DNA from: Chthonomonas calidirosea | GTDB taxonomy: Bacteria; Armatimonadota; Fimbriimonadia; Fimbriimonadales; Fimbriimonadaceae | Direction: 5' to 3' | DNA: 62,196 nucleotides | Assembly (NCBI GenBank): GCA_945859975.1 | Contig: CAMAPH010000015.1 | Span: forward strand, 1-62,196 | Shown: positions 19,335 to 28,876 of the stretch, in pieces | How the letters are laid out: each line of letters opens with the position of its first letter | Position numbering within the stretch: position 1 is the stretch's first letter | Notes under the pieces: model-generated | Seen by the model: only the letters and a program-made list of their open reading frames with translations | Databases searched by the model: none | Told to the model about the DNA's origin: nothing | Position numbers and translations under genes: made by a program

Positions 19335-20786
19335 CTAGCCGACGGTAACCGAACTTTGTACACGGGCTCCGCCACCCACGGCATTCACCCGAATCACCCC
19401 TGAAGTCGCGGTGACCGTTCCTTGAACTTCGGCAAACATTGCGCCCGGCGCCACGATTACGTTCGTTGGCAGAGTGATCCCTGGCGAACTCTCAAGTTGC
19501 AGTGGCATGCCACCGGGTCCCGCGCCAAACTGCAAATCGATTCGGAACGTAACGGTTTGTCCGTTTACGGGCGTCGACGCGTCTGGGGTGATCGACTTGA
19601 GGTTTGAAACGCCGACGAGCCGAGGTCGGCTGGCGGAGGTCGTCATCGCAACTACATTGTTATAGCGGTCAAAGCCGAAGTATCCAAGCTGTCCGACCCC
19701 GGTCATCGAGAAGTTTGTCGAAACAGAAGGTAGTGCTAGCGAAAAAGCAAAATCGCTACTTGTAGACTGTTCCGCGATCCGTCCGTTTTGGTCCCAAGTG
19801 ACCGCAACCGCCGGATACTCGTCCACGATCGTAAAGTCTGGATTCACCAAGAACCGCCGATTGTCGATCCCGACGATCGCTTGGATGAAGTACTGACCAT
19901 TCGGGAGTCTCGTCGCATTTCGAACTGACCCGGCAAAAGGGACGGTCGGGCCGAGCCCGTTGACGGTGTCCGCTCGTCGAACAAGGCCACCGCCGAAGAT
20001 CAAAACGTCCTCAAGCGTCGGAGCAACCCTCGCCGTTGGCACTGACAAGATGAAATCCACTACGTACGGCAATGAAAACTTTTGCCGCATATCCCCGGCG
20101 CGATTGAACCGCATCAAGTAGTTTCCGGTGTCATCGTTCTGCACCGGTCGTCCGGAAAGCGAAGTCCAAAGATTCCCCTGCGCATCAATGTTTCCGGCCG
20201 TAAATCGATCGCCTTCAAACGGTCGGAAATTCCACTCGACGCCAGTCGTTGATCGGAACCATACGTTCGGATAGTCTTCGCTATCAAAGCCTGTGCTGAC
20301 ATAGGAGATCCCACCGCCCGCAAAATACGTCACGCCTCCTGTGTTCTGCACGTCCCAGAACGAAAAATCGGCCCTTGGGCTCGCCGCGTATTCCGCGAGG
20401 GAGCCATCGGTCCGAACCTGAATCAATCGGTTTCCAACCGTCGGGTTATCGCCATCGTAGTCCTGCTGGACCAGCGCAACCGTGCTGAGATTGTTTAGAC
20501 TCCTCGCGCCAGAAACCCCATCGCGAAACAGTCTGGAATCCTTGTTAGCCCGGATCAATCGACCCGTGGTCGTGTCGTAAGTCGCCAAATGGAACTTGTT
20601 CGCGAAGTTCGATTTATAAGTGTAAACCGTTGCGAGCTGACCGTTCACGCTTAGGCTTCCCAAAAACGAGGCAATTCCATCGTGCAGCGGCACGTTGTAG
20701 CTTGGAGTTAACACGGTTTGAGCAAAAGCTTGTGCCGTGATAGTGGCGACTAAAGCGCCTGCCAACAATAATCTTGCGTTTTTCAT
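19335..20786 (-). CDS. Secreted hypothetical protein (paralogue 1)
   Basis: Signal peptide; beta-rich; C-terminal Ig-like 'GAGPGG..L.S.PG.TLP..VIV.PGA' module; similar to the next gene. Confidence 0.75.
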   Translation of the reverse strand: MKNARLLLAGALVATITAQAFAQTVLTPSYNVPLHDGIASFLGSLSVNGQLATVYTYKSNFANKFHLATYDTTTGRLIRANKDSRLFRDGVSGARSLNNLSTVALVQQDYDGDNPTVGNRLIQVRTDGSLAEYAASPRADFSFWDVQNTGGVTYFAGGGISYVSTGFDSEDYPNVWFRSTTGVEWNFRPFEGDRFTAGNIDAQGNLWTSLSGRPVQNDDTGNYLMRFNRAGDMRQKFSLPYVVDFILSVPTARVAPTLEDVLIFGGGLVRRADTVNGLGPTVPFAGSVRNATRLPNGQYFIQAIVGIDNRRFLVNPDFTIVDEYPAVAVTWDQNGRIAEQSTSSDFAFSLALPSVSTNFSMTGVGQLGYFGFDRYNNVVAMTTSASRPRLVGVSNLKSITPDASTPVNGQTVTFRIDLQFGAGPGGMPLQLESSPGITLPTNVIVAPGAMFAEVQGTVTATSGVIRVNAVGGGARVQSSVTVG

Positions 20787-22264
20787 GGTTCAACCGTCAC
20801 TGAGGAATAGAAAGACTTGCCCGCCGCTTTCGCTCGAACTCGAATCGTTCGCGCATCGGTTGCTGTGACGGTTCCGTCCACCGTGAAGCTGTTGGCGCCC
20901 GGCGGGACGATCACTTCCGTCGGCAACGTCAAGCCCGGTTGCGAGTACAGAAGAACCCGAAGTCCGCTCGGCGGTGCATTAAAGTTCAGGTTGATTTGGA
21001 AGGGAACCGTTGCGCCCGGTGCCACCGGAGCCGCCGGTCCGTTTAGCTCCTTCAGATTGGAAACTCCAACCAGCCGCATGCGCCCCGAGAGATAGGTCGT
21101 CAGAACCAGGTTCTGGTACCGATCAAAATTCAAACTGTTAATCGATCCGACTCCCGGCACCGAAAACACGGTGGGTTCGGCACCCGTCTCGATCTGGAAT
21201 CGTGCCTCGTCTGCCGCCAAGGGAGTGATGCTTCGAACAACGCGGTCGAGGCGATCAACCGTAGCGTTGCCGTTTGGATAGCTCGCAGCGATCGTGAAGT
21301 CCTGATTAACAATCGCCGTTCGAAGGCCGATCCCAGGGGTATCTAGCCTCATGAAGTACTGCCCATTTGCGAGTTGGTGGAAAGAGTAGATCGTGTGATC
21401 GAACGGCACCGGACTTCCGAGTCCGGTGATTAGGTCCGCGCGTCGCACTTCCCCTTGCGCGAAGATCAGCGCGTCTTCACGATTTGTTCCTGGGGTCACC
21501 GAGCGAACCGTCTCAATAAAGCGAATGGCACCATTCTGCAAGGTGAACTTCGCCGTAACCTGGCCGCCCGAATTGAGTCGGACCAGCCAAAGATTCTGTG
21601 GGTCGGTCAGCTCCGGCTTGCCGAAAAACGCGGCCCAGGTATTGCCTTGGTTGTCAATGGCTCCAGCGCGGAACTCGTCGGAAGAGTCGAAAGGGTCTCC
21701 TTCCCCCGGGCGATAGTGCCACTCGGTGCCGTCGTTCGATTTCACCCAAAGGTCTGGAAAACCGCTGTCTGGGTCGTCGATTCGAAGCGTCTCGCCACCG
21801 GACAGAATCCAGCGCCGTCGACCACTTTCGGCTACATCCCAAAAATTGAACTGAGCGCGATCTGACATTTCATGCCGAATCACTTGATCGGAGGGTGTTA
21901 TCTCCAACACTCGGGCTCGGCCGGTGTAATCCAAACCGTCCGGGGACTCATAGGCTGCGAAAAACCGACTGCGACTCGGCAATTCTCGTACGCTGGTCAT
22001 CGAGCCGGGATAGTAAATCGCATCGATGACTTGATTCAAGAGCGTGCCCGAAGTTGTATCGAACGTGCTCACGAAATGCTTTCGGCTGTAGTTCGACTTG
22101 TAGGAGTAAACCGTCACTCGCTGACTCAGAAGGTTGACCGAACCGATGGTCCCCCGGAAGTCGTCGTGCAGAATGCGCGTGTAATTCGGCGTCAGCGTTG
22201 TTTGCGCCTGGCCGATCGTGGCAAAAGCGATTAGAAAGCACGCCTGGACAATTCGATTCTTCAT
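20783..22264 (-). CDS. Secreted hypothetical protein (paralogue 2)
   Basis: Shares TVY(S/T)YKSN, F.FWDV, NGQYF, FDRY.N, RLVGVSNLK with 19335..20786; ATGA overlap. Confidence 0.75.
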   Translation of the reverse strand: MKNRIVQACFLIAFATIGQAQTTLTPNYTRILHDDFRGTIGSVNLLSQRVTVYSYKSNYSRKHFVSTFDTTSGTLLNQVIDAIYYPGSMTSVRELPSRSRFFAAYESPDGLDYTGRARVLEITPSDQVIRHEMSDRAQFNFWDVAESGRRRWILSGGETLRIDDPDSGFPDLWVKSNDGTEWHYRPGEGDPFDSSDEFRAGAIDNQGNTWAAFFGKPELTDPQNLWLVRLNSGGQVTAKFTLQNGAIRFIETVRSVTPGTNREDALIFAQGEVRRADLITGLGSPVPFDHTIYSFHQLANGQYFMRLDTPGIGLRTAIVNQDFTIAASYPNGNATVDRLDRVVRSITPLAADEARFQIETGAEPTVFSVPGVGSINSLNFDRYQNLVLTTYLSGRMRLVGVSNLKELNGPAAPVAPGATVPFQINLNFNAPPSGLRVLLYSQPGLTLPTEVIVPPGANSFTVDGTVTATDARTIRVRAKAAGKSFYSSVTVEP

Positions 22265-22454
22265 TGCAATACACCACCCACGAATCGGTGTTGAACCCTC
22301 CGATACCTCTACATCCTAGCTGTTCATCTCTCCGCTGACAAGCCCTATCAACGAACGTTTGAGGAGAATCTTTAAAGGTCCATACTCGTTCCCCGCTTTG
22401 AGCCGAATCGATCCCTTGCTTGACGTTCGACCCCCATTCTTGGTAAGACCAACT

Positions 22455-23123
22455 GTGCTCGCCTCTCTCTCGGCTCTCCTCATTCTCCAAACCGGTCCCA
22501 AACCGACTCCGTTGTTCAACGGCAAGGACCTCACGGGTTGGACCATGGACGTGCCCGAACTCGACAAGAATCCGGAAGGGACAAAACCGTTCATCGTTCG
22601 AAACGGTCTGCTCGTTAGCCTCGGAACCCCCGGCGGGCATCTGATTACCCGACAGGCCTACGCAAACTACAGGTTCACCGTCGAATACCGATTCTCGGCT
22701 AAGCCCGGTAACTGCGGCGTCCTCGTCCATGCCAGCAAACTCCGCCGACTTTACGGCATGTTCCCGCAAAGCATGGAAGTGCAGATGCAAAGCGGCGACG
22801 CGGGCGACTTCTGGTGCATCGGCGAAGACATCGTTGTTCCCGATATGGAAGCCCGCCGCGGACCAAAGGACAACTGGGGCGTCGACGGCGACAAAGCTCG
22901 TCGAATCAAGAACCTCACCGACGGCACCGAGAAGCCGCTTGGCGAGTGGAACAAGATGATGGTCGAGTGCATTGGCGACCGCGTCACCGTTTGGGTGAAC
23001 GACGTGAAGGTCAACGAGGGCACCAACTGCACCGCGAAGTCCGGCAAAATCGCCATCCAAGCCGAAGGCAGCGAAGTCGAGTTCCGCAAAGTGGAACTCC
23101 AACAGCTCCGCGTATCGCTCTAG
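22455..23123 (+). CDS. DUF1080 (3-keto-disaccharide hydrolase-like) protein
   Basis: PLFNGKDLTGW, GNCGV, EKPLGEWN, G.IAIQAEG.EVEFRKV; start uncertain (GTG 22455 assumed). Confidence 0.88.
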   Translation: MLASLSALLILQTGPKPTPLFNGKDLTGWTMDVPELDKNPEGTKPFIVRNGLLVSLGTPGGHLITRQAYANYRFTVEYRFSAKPGNCGVLVHASKLRRLYGMFPQSMEVQMQSGDAGDFWCIGEDIVVPDMEARRGPKDNWGVDGDKARRIKNLTDGTEKPLGEWNKMMVECIGDRVTVWVNDVKVNEGTNCTAKSGKIAIQAEGSEVEFRKVELQQLRVSL

Positions 23124-23803
23124 CGCTTCTCGAAGACCAGCAAATGCTGCCACGGCAGCATCGTTTTGTTCTCGACAAACTTCAGCGGAAAGAAGGCCAT
23201 TTCTTTCCGCACCTGAGCTTCCGTCATCTTGTGAAGCTCCTTGATCGGCACGTTCTCGTCTTCGCCGCGATACTCAACAAGCACCAGCTTTCCGCCCCGC
23301 TTCAGGCCCTTCACCATGTTCGTGACCATCTCGTATGGGTAATCGAACTCGTGATACACGTCCACCAGCAGCATCAAGTCGGCGCTGGCCGGGGCAATCT
23401 TTGGGTCCTTAATGGTGCCAAGAATCCCTTTCACATTCTTGGTTCCTTGCTTCGCCGCCTTTTGCGCGATGATGTCGAGCATCTCTTGCTGAATCTCGAC
23501 CGCTAAGACTTTGCCTTTAGGTCCGACAAGCTTGGCCATAGGGAAGCTGATCGTCCCGCTCCCGGCACCGATGTCGGCCACGACCATCCCCGGCTTTAAG
23601 CCGAGATTCCGGATCATCACGCTAACCGCCTCTTCCTTCTCTCGCTCGGGCCGATCCAACCACCCCGCCGCCTGGTGCCCCATGACCTGCGCAATCTCCC
23701 GCCCACAATAAAACTTCCCGATCCCGTCGAAACTAGCCGGCGCCGTCGTATATCCCGGCCGCCCCTGCAAAACCAACCCCGCCAACAAGATCGTAAGTGA
23801 CAT
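23120..23803 (-). CDS. Class I SAM-dependent methyltransferase
   Basis: GREIAQVMG, VADIGAGSG, VDVYHEF, LPWQH. Confidence 0.88.
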   Translation of the reverse strand: MSLTILLAGLVLQGRPGYTTAPASFDGIGKFYCGREIAQVMGHQAAGWLDRPEREKEEAVSVMIRNLGLKPGMVVADIGAGSGTISFPMAKLVGPKGKVLAVEIQQEMLDIIAQKAAKQGTKNVKGILGTIKDPKIAPASADLMLLVDVYHEFDYPYEMVTNMVKGLKRGGKLVLVEYRGEDENVPIKELHKMTEAQVRKEMAFFPLKFVENKTMLPWQHLLVFEKR

Positions 23804-23882
23804 GACTACTGGAGTCTACGACGTTGCGCTCGGCTTGAGCCATTCAAGGCAACGCAAAGCCATTCGAAGCGCTCCCAAGGTT

Positions 23883-23956
23883 TGGCTGCCCGACATGGAT
23901 TCGAACCACGATTAACTGAGTCAGAGTCAGTCGTCCTACCATTAGACGATCGGGCA
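23883..23956 (-). tRNA. tRNA-Gln(CTG)
   Basis: Minus strand TGCCCGA...ACTGA-CT-CTG-AC-TCAGT...GGTTCGAATCC...TCGGGCA-G-CCA; 74-nt cloverleaf with encoded CCA. Confidence 0.96.
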
Positions 23957-23985
23957 AGGCAGAACCTAGAGGATACCACACCTCA

Positions 23986-25566
23986 TCATTTCGACTTCAA
24001 CTTGATCGGCCCCAGAGCGGGATCTTTGGTCCCCTTCTTCTGCGTCAGTCGGTCCTTCGAAGCGTTCGGAGGGAAGCCGTTGAACTGTCGCCAGAGCTCG
24101 AAGCCGAGCGGAACCGTGTCCAACATGATCCAGCCGTAGCTCTCCGCTCCGGGGCGCAATAGCTCACTTGATGGCCAAAGCGCATCTTTCCGGCCCGTCG
24201 GTAGCGTGTGCTGTTCCGGAGTGATGACCACCCGGTATCGCGCTGTTCCATCGTCAACGGGATCGATCACCGAAATTCTGCCGCCGAAGGTTCCCATCGC
24301 CGCGCCCGGCATGCCGGTGATCTGAACCGCCGGCCAACCTGCAAATTGCAACCGAACCGGTCGTCCCACTTGAACCCAAGGGACATCGTTATCGGTGACA
24401 AAGAGTTCCACCGCGCGTTCCGCTGTCGTCGGCACGATTGTTGCGAGCACGTCTCCCGACTTCACAATTGTCCCGCCGCCAACGGTGGTCAACCGCGCGA
24501 TGCGTCCCGCGGTCGGAGCACGCACAACCTGCTGGTCGGTTCGAAGCCGTAAGTTTGCAAGTTCATTTTCAACTTTCTGAATTTCCCCGCCATTCTTGGC
24601 GAGGCTCTCCCGGGCCGACTGAATATCCGCCCCAACCCGGCTGATCGCTGCCGCCGTGTCGTTCGTAATCCGGCTTAGGTTAAGCGTGGCATTCGTAACA
24701 TCCCTATCGGCCACCGCAAGATTCGCTTTGGCTTGGTCAACGTTCGCCATCGCTCGCTCGACTTCCAGTTCGGCTTGTGTCTCGCCGAGTCCACCGAGTT
24801 TCAAATCGCGTCGCGCAATCTCAAGCGACTTCTCGGCCCGGACAACCTCGGTCTCGGATTTCACCATGTCGTTCTCGAGAAGTTCCAAGTCCTGCTTCGA
24901 GCGGAGTCCTTTGCCTTCCAAATCGCGAACTCGGTTCAGTCGAAGGCGGACGGTGTCACGTTGCTGCTTTGCGGCCTGAACGGCCTGCTCTCCCTGAACA
25001 ACTCGGTCTGCCTGAATCCGCGCTCGCTCCGAAGCGCTTTGGCGCGCGACCTGGGTCGCAATCGCGAGCGACTTTTCGGACTGACGGACAAGCTGCTTCG
25101 CTGCCTCCACTCGCGATCGAGACTGGCCAACCGCTTGTCGAGCTGCATCGATCGCATCCTGACGGCTCTGTCGTAGTTCCTCTCGCTGTTGATTGAGTTC
25201 GGTAACCCGGGAGTTCGTCTCGGTCTGGGCCAGTTGGGTGAGGTCTCGTTGCTCCGCCAATCGCGCCGTAAGTCCGCGATCTAGGAACTTGCTGTCGACA
25301 TCTTCCAGCACCGCAAGCACATCGCCCTTCTTGACGATCTGCCCCTCCTGAACTCGCCACTCCTTGAGTCGGGCCGGAATCGGTGCTTCTACTGACTGCG
25401 GCCGGTCCATGGCGTTAAAGACAATCACTTGCCCAGTGGCCTCGACCGTCTGCTGCCAAGGCATAAACGCTAGCCCAGCGATCAAACCGACAAAGCCGAG
25501 CAAAATGCCAACGATCCTTCGGCCCACTTTGCGTCGCTTCACGAGTTCTAACGATTGAAGTCTCAT
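23986..25566 (-). CDS. HlyD-family membrane fusion protein
   Basis: N-terminal TM, PWQQ, lipoyl half-motifs (VQEGQIVKKGD; VVRAP..G), long coiled coil, VRLQFAGWPA, PLGFELWRQFNGFPP. Confidence 0.92.
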   Translation of the reverse strand: MRLQSLELVKRRKVGRRIVGILLGFVGLIAGLAFMPWQQTVEATGQVIVFNAMDRPQSVEAPIPARLKEWRVQEGQIVKKGDVLAVLEDVDSKFLDRGLTARLAEQRDLTQLAQTETNSRVTELNQQREELRQSRQDAIDAARQAVGQSRSRVEAAKQLVRQSEKSLAIATQVARQSASERARIQADRVVQGEQAVQAAKQQRDTVRLRLNRVRDLEGKGLRSKQDLELLENDMVKSETEVVRAEKSLEIARRDLKLGGLGETQAELEVERAMANVDQAKANLAVADRDVTNATLNLSRITNDTAAAISRVGADIQSARESLAKNGGEIQKVENELANLRLRTDQQVVRAPTAGRIARLTTVGGGTIVKSGDVLATIVPTTAERAVELFVTDNDVPWVQVGRPVRLQFAGWPAVQITGMPGAAMGTFGGRISVIDPVDDGTARYRVVITPEQHTLPTGRKDALWPSSELLRPGAESYGWIMLDTVPLGFELWRQFNGFPPNASKDRLTQKKGTKDPALGPIKLKSK

Positions 25567-27323
25567 TACTTACCCCCTCCAATCCGGGCCGTACCCGCTC
25601 TGAGGTTTGCCGATAGAAATGGGAACAGTTCCGAAAAGACGGACTTTGCGCTTTGTGCAAGTTGCGTCGGCGAGCCCGACTCGACAATTTGTCCTTCTGC
25701 CATCACGTGCACCTTGTCTGTCCGCAAGATCACGTCCGGTTGGTGAGAGATATCGATGATTGTCCACGGGTTACTAGCTTCGAAGATGTTGTCCAAAATG
25801 CGCTGGGAAATCCGCTCGTCTATTCCGGTAAGTGCCTCGTCCAAAATCAGCAATCGTGGCTTTCCGAGAATGGCCCGAGCGATCAACAAACGTTGCAGCT
25901 GTCCTCGCGAAATGTTTTGGCCACCACTCACGAGCTCCGCTTGAAGCCCACCCGGAATCGCGGCGAGATCATCATCGAGCTCTGCCGTGGTTACGGCCCA
26001 GCGAAGGTCCGCGCTTGAGATCTCATCCCGGCCAACCCGAATGTTCTCCTCAATCGTTCCATGGAAGACATCGGGTTCATATCCCGCAAGTGAGACCTGT
26101 GCGCGAAGCCGCTGCAAGCATGCTTCGCGAATATCCACGTTATCAAAAATCGCGTCTCCCATCGATGGCGACTGGAATCCGCATAGGACGGCGGCCAATG
26201 TCGATTTGCCTGCACCGCTTGCCCCGACCAAACTCACTCGATCCCCGGCGTGGATCGTGAGGTTCAGGCCGTTGAGCACCTTGTGCCCGTTGTCGTACTC
26301 AAAGTGCAAGTTCTTGAGCTCCACCAGAGCTCCCGCAGGGTGAAGCGCCGGCAACTCCTTCCCACCGTCTCGCTCAGTTTCCAGTTCGGAAATCACCGCA
26401 ACCTTATCAAGACCAGCCAAAAGGTCGAAGTACTTTTCCGACTGTCGAATCAGTTTTTCTAACGAGGCAAGGGAAGTGGTAACGATGATCTGAGCAGCAA
26501 CAAGCTGACCAACCGTCAGTGAGCCGTTGAGAACCAACCAGCCACCTGTTCCGAGTACACCCGCCGACGCGAGGGCCGCGAAGGCAAAGAATCCGCCAAG
26601 TTGCCGACGGTTCACCCGGAAGTGAGAGCGCCGCGCAAGAATGTAATTCGTGACCAGCTCATCGGTTTTCGAGGACAAGGATTCCCGATTCGCGTACAAC
26701 TTAAGCGACAAATGACATCGGGCAATATCTTGTAGCCACTCGGCCACGATGTACTTCTGCTTGCTCTCGTAGAGACTGCTCTTGATTCCTCCGTAACCCA
26801 ACAGGATCGTGCCACCGAAGAACAGCACAAGTACGGTTACTGCGGAAAGGAGTAGTCCCGGATTGTAAATGCCAAGCACCAGCACCGTAACGATGGTCTG
26901 GATGAAAGCCGTGAAACCATCGAGCAGTAACTTACTGAGCGCTTTCTGAATCGTGATGACATCAAAGAAGCGATTCACCAACTCGGGCGCATAGTGCGTT
27001 CGCATTGCCGCTGCGCGCACGTTGAGCATGCGGTCGGCAAGCGCCAAAGCCGTATGAGCAAACACCCGCTGCTGCACCGTCTCAACCACGCCGTACTGCA
27101 AAAGCTGCACCATGCCTGCGACACTTAATCCACCTAAAACCAAGAAGGAAAGCAGTACAACCGGCTGAAGAAACATTCCTGCCGCAATGGTATTCACCAG
27201 CGACTGGGTCGCCAGCGGCACCGCAAGCGTCATCACAATGACAACGAGGGTGTAAGTGGCAAGCAGACAAAGGTCCGCTCGCTCACGAGAGACGAGTCGG
27301 AGAAAACGGGTTACTGGTTTCAA
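25566..27323 (-). CDS. ABC exporter, fused TM + ATPase (type I secretion-like)
   Basis: ELVNRFFDV in TMD; Walker A GASGAGKS; signature ISRGQ; LLILDEA; ISH. Confidence 0.92.
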   Translation of the reverse strand: MKPVTRFLRLVSRERADLCLLATYTLVVIVMTLAVPLATQSLVNTIAAGMFLQPVVLLSFLVLGGLSVAGMVQLLQYGVVETVQQRVFAHTALALADRMLNVRAAAMRTHYAPELVNRFFDVITIQKALSKLLLDGFTAFIQTIVTVLVLGIYNPGLLLSAVTVLVLFFGGTILLGYGGIKSSLYESKQKYIVAEWLQDIARCHLSLKLYANRESLSSKTDELVTNYILARRSHFRVNRRQLGGFFAFAALASAGVLGTGGWLVLNGSLTVGQLVAAQIIVTTSLASLEKLIRQSEKYFDLLAGLDKVAVISELETERDGGKELPALHPAGALVELKNLHFEYDNGHKVLNGLNLTIHAGDRVSLVGASGAGKSTLAAVLCGFQSPSMGDAIFDNVDIREACLQRLRAQVSLAGYEPDVFHGTIEENIRVGRDEISSADLRWAVTTAELDDDLAAIPGGLQAELVSGGQNISRGQLQRLLIARAILGKPRLLILDEALTGIDERISQRILDNIFEASNPWTIIDISHQPDVILRTDKVHVMAEGQIVESGSPTQLAQSAKSVFSELFPFLSANLRAGTARIGGGK

Positions 27324-28696
27324 TTTAATCCTCCTTCTGCTGCGCGAAGCGCGGCTTTCGCAATGTGGAACTCGGCGATGACATCAACGAGCCGCGCGGC
27401 GGTTTCGGCCGTCCCGCGCTCTCGCTGGTTGAGCAAGAAGAGCGTCCCATCCCCTTCCTGGAACCGAATAAGTTCACCCAACTCCAACTGTTGGGCCAAC
27501 TCTAGTTCGGCAACGTTGGCCTGAACCCGTTCGTAAGCCCGCCGAAGGGCCGAGGACGCATCTTGAACTTCCGTTTCAATTTCCCGCTTGAGCAACGCTT
27601 CGTCTTGCCGGATCTTTTCAAGCTTTTGTTGGGCCTGCTCAATTTGACCATCCGCCGTTTGTTGGCGAAGCGGAATGGAGTAGAACACCCCCGCCTTTAC
27701 CGTCGCGCCAACTGAGTTTCGGCCGGTATCAATTCCTGGCGAAACAACCACATCCAAACTCGGGCGTCGCTCATTCTTTGCCAGTGCCAAGCTCTGCTCA
27801 ATCACCTTGGTTTCGGCGCTAATTATTCTCGCTTCTGGACGTTGAGCTACGGCTCGAGAGAATGCGGCTTCCAATTCTTCCGCAGTTGGAAGCGCAGGCT
27901 TTGGCAGGCTGCCTGGTGTTCCGATAGGCCCGTTCCAAAGAAAAACGTTGAGTTTCAACAAAGTCTTTTCAATATCTCGCTCTGCCTTTACGAGGCCGCC
28001 TTCGCGTCGACGCACCTCAGTCTCAGCTTCAACGGTATCGATCTTCGGCAAATCGCCACGTTCGTAGCGCTCTCTAATCCCGTCCGCTCGAACCTTCGCA
28101 ATGTTAAGAAGGCGCGCCGCAATCTCTCTTCTCTCGCGTGCCGCCACCCATTCCCAAAACGCCTCACTAGCCTTGAGGCGAACGTTCAGCCGGATCAGCC
28201 GAGCCTCTTCGGTCGCCTGGCCAAACTCAAGATTCGCGACTGCCTCGGCAATCGATTTCTGGTTGACCCCGTTTCCGCGAAGCAAAGGAAGCTTGACTCC
28301 GACAAAGTACTCGCCAAGCTCACCGGTAGAACTTCCCGGCGATTTCACCGAGCCAAAGTTCAATCGCGATCCGGCAAAAACCTTTGCGCCCGACCGCGTG
28401 GTCTGCTCCACCGTGGTTTCCAGCATCTGGGTTGAGAGCGCTTTGCCCCGTGTGCTGGAACTGTTGTAGCGCAAGGCAGACGTGTCCACCATGAGCACTG
28501 GGTCAAAGGCACCGCGCTTCTCCTTGGTCTTTGCGGCGGCAATTTCTACCGCATTTTGTGCCGCACGCAGCTTCGGAAAACCTTGCTCGACCTTGTCCAA
28601 AAACGTCTCAAGGGTTACGTTTTGGGCAGGGAACAGACTATGAATGATGAAGAGAAACGATTCAAATCTCAAAGATGAAGGACCTCCAATGCTCAC
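27320..28696 (-). CDS. TolC-family outer membrane protein
   Basis: GAFDP, LPLLRG, GD.TLFLLNQRE; OEP-like helical repeats; start may be TTG ~28672 after GGAGG. Confidence 0.9.
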   Translation of the reverse strand: MSIGGPSSLRFESFLFIIHSLFPAQNVTLETFLDKVEQGFPKLRAAQNAVEIAAAKTKEKRGAFDPVLMVDTSALRYNSSSTRGKALSTQMLETTVEQTTRSGAKVFAGSRLNFGSVKSPGSSTGELGEYFVGVKLPLLRGNGVNQKSIAEAVANLEFGQATEEARLIRLNVRLKASEAFWEWVAARERREIAARLLNIAKVRADGIRERYERGDLPKIDTVEAETEVRRREGGLVKAERDIEKTLLKLNVFLWNGPIGTPGSLPKPALPTAEELEAAFSRAVAQRPEARIISAETKVIEQSLALAKNERRPSLDVVVSPGIDTGRNSVGATVKAGVFYSIPLRQQTADGQIEQAQQKLEKIRQDEALLKREIETEVQDASSALRRAYERVQANVAELELAQQLELGELIRFQEGDGTLFLLNQRERGTAETAARLVDVIAEFHIAKAALRAAEGGLN

Positions 28697-28699
28697 GCA

Positions 28700-28734
28700 T
28701 AAAGAGCGGCCGAACTAGTCGGTCGCTCTTTTTT
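28700..28734 (-). terminator. Hairpin forming the riboswitch expression platform (probable terminator)
   Basis: AAAGAGCGACCGA-CTAGT-TCGGCCGCTCTTT between aptamer and tolC start; short U-tract on the minus strand. Confidence 0.6.
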
Positions 28735-28735
28735 G

Positions 28736-28822
28736 GAAGGTCTCGCACTCAGATGCGCCGCCGGGGTTTCCCCGTGTTGACGACGACGCAGATTTCCTCG
28801 TTGAAACCGGCTACTCCCCTTC
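28736..28822 (-). ncRNA. yybP-ykoY (Mn2+-sensing) riboswitch aptamer
   Basis: Minus strand GAAGG-GGAGUA-GC ... GGUUUC/GAAAUC ... GCGUCGUC-GUCAACAC-GGG GAAA CCC-C-GGCGGCGC ... GC-GAGA-CCUUC: P1, L1, P2 and P3/L3 match the family consensus. Confidence 0.88.
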
Positions 28823-28876
28823 TAATTCAAGACAAACGATTCGTGAATCAAAAGAGTTCCATGAATATGGACTTTT

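Noticed and set aside
23882..24139. 85-aa ORF MAARHGFEPRLTESES...
   Set aside because: Antisense translation of tRNA-Gln
23883..28696. tRNA-Gln as the integration site of the exporter operon
   Set aside because: The operon lies 5' of the tRNA; no duplicated tRNA 3' end or integrase was seen
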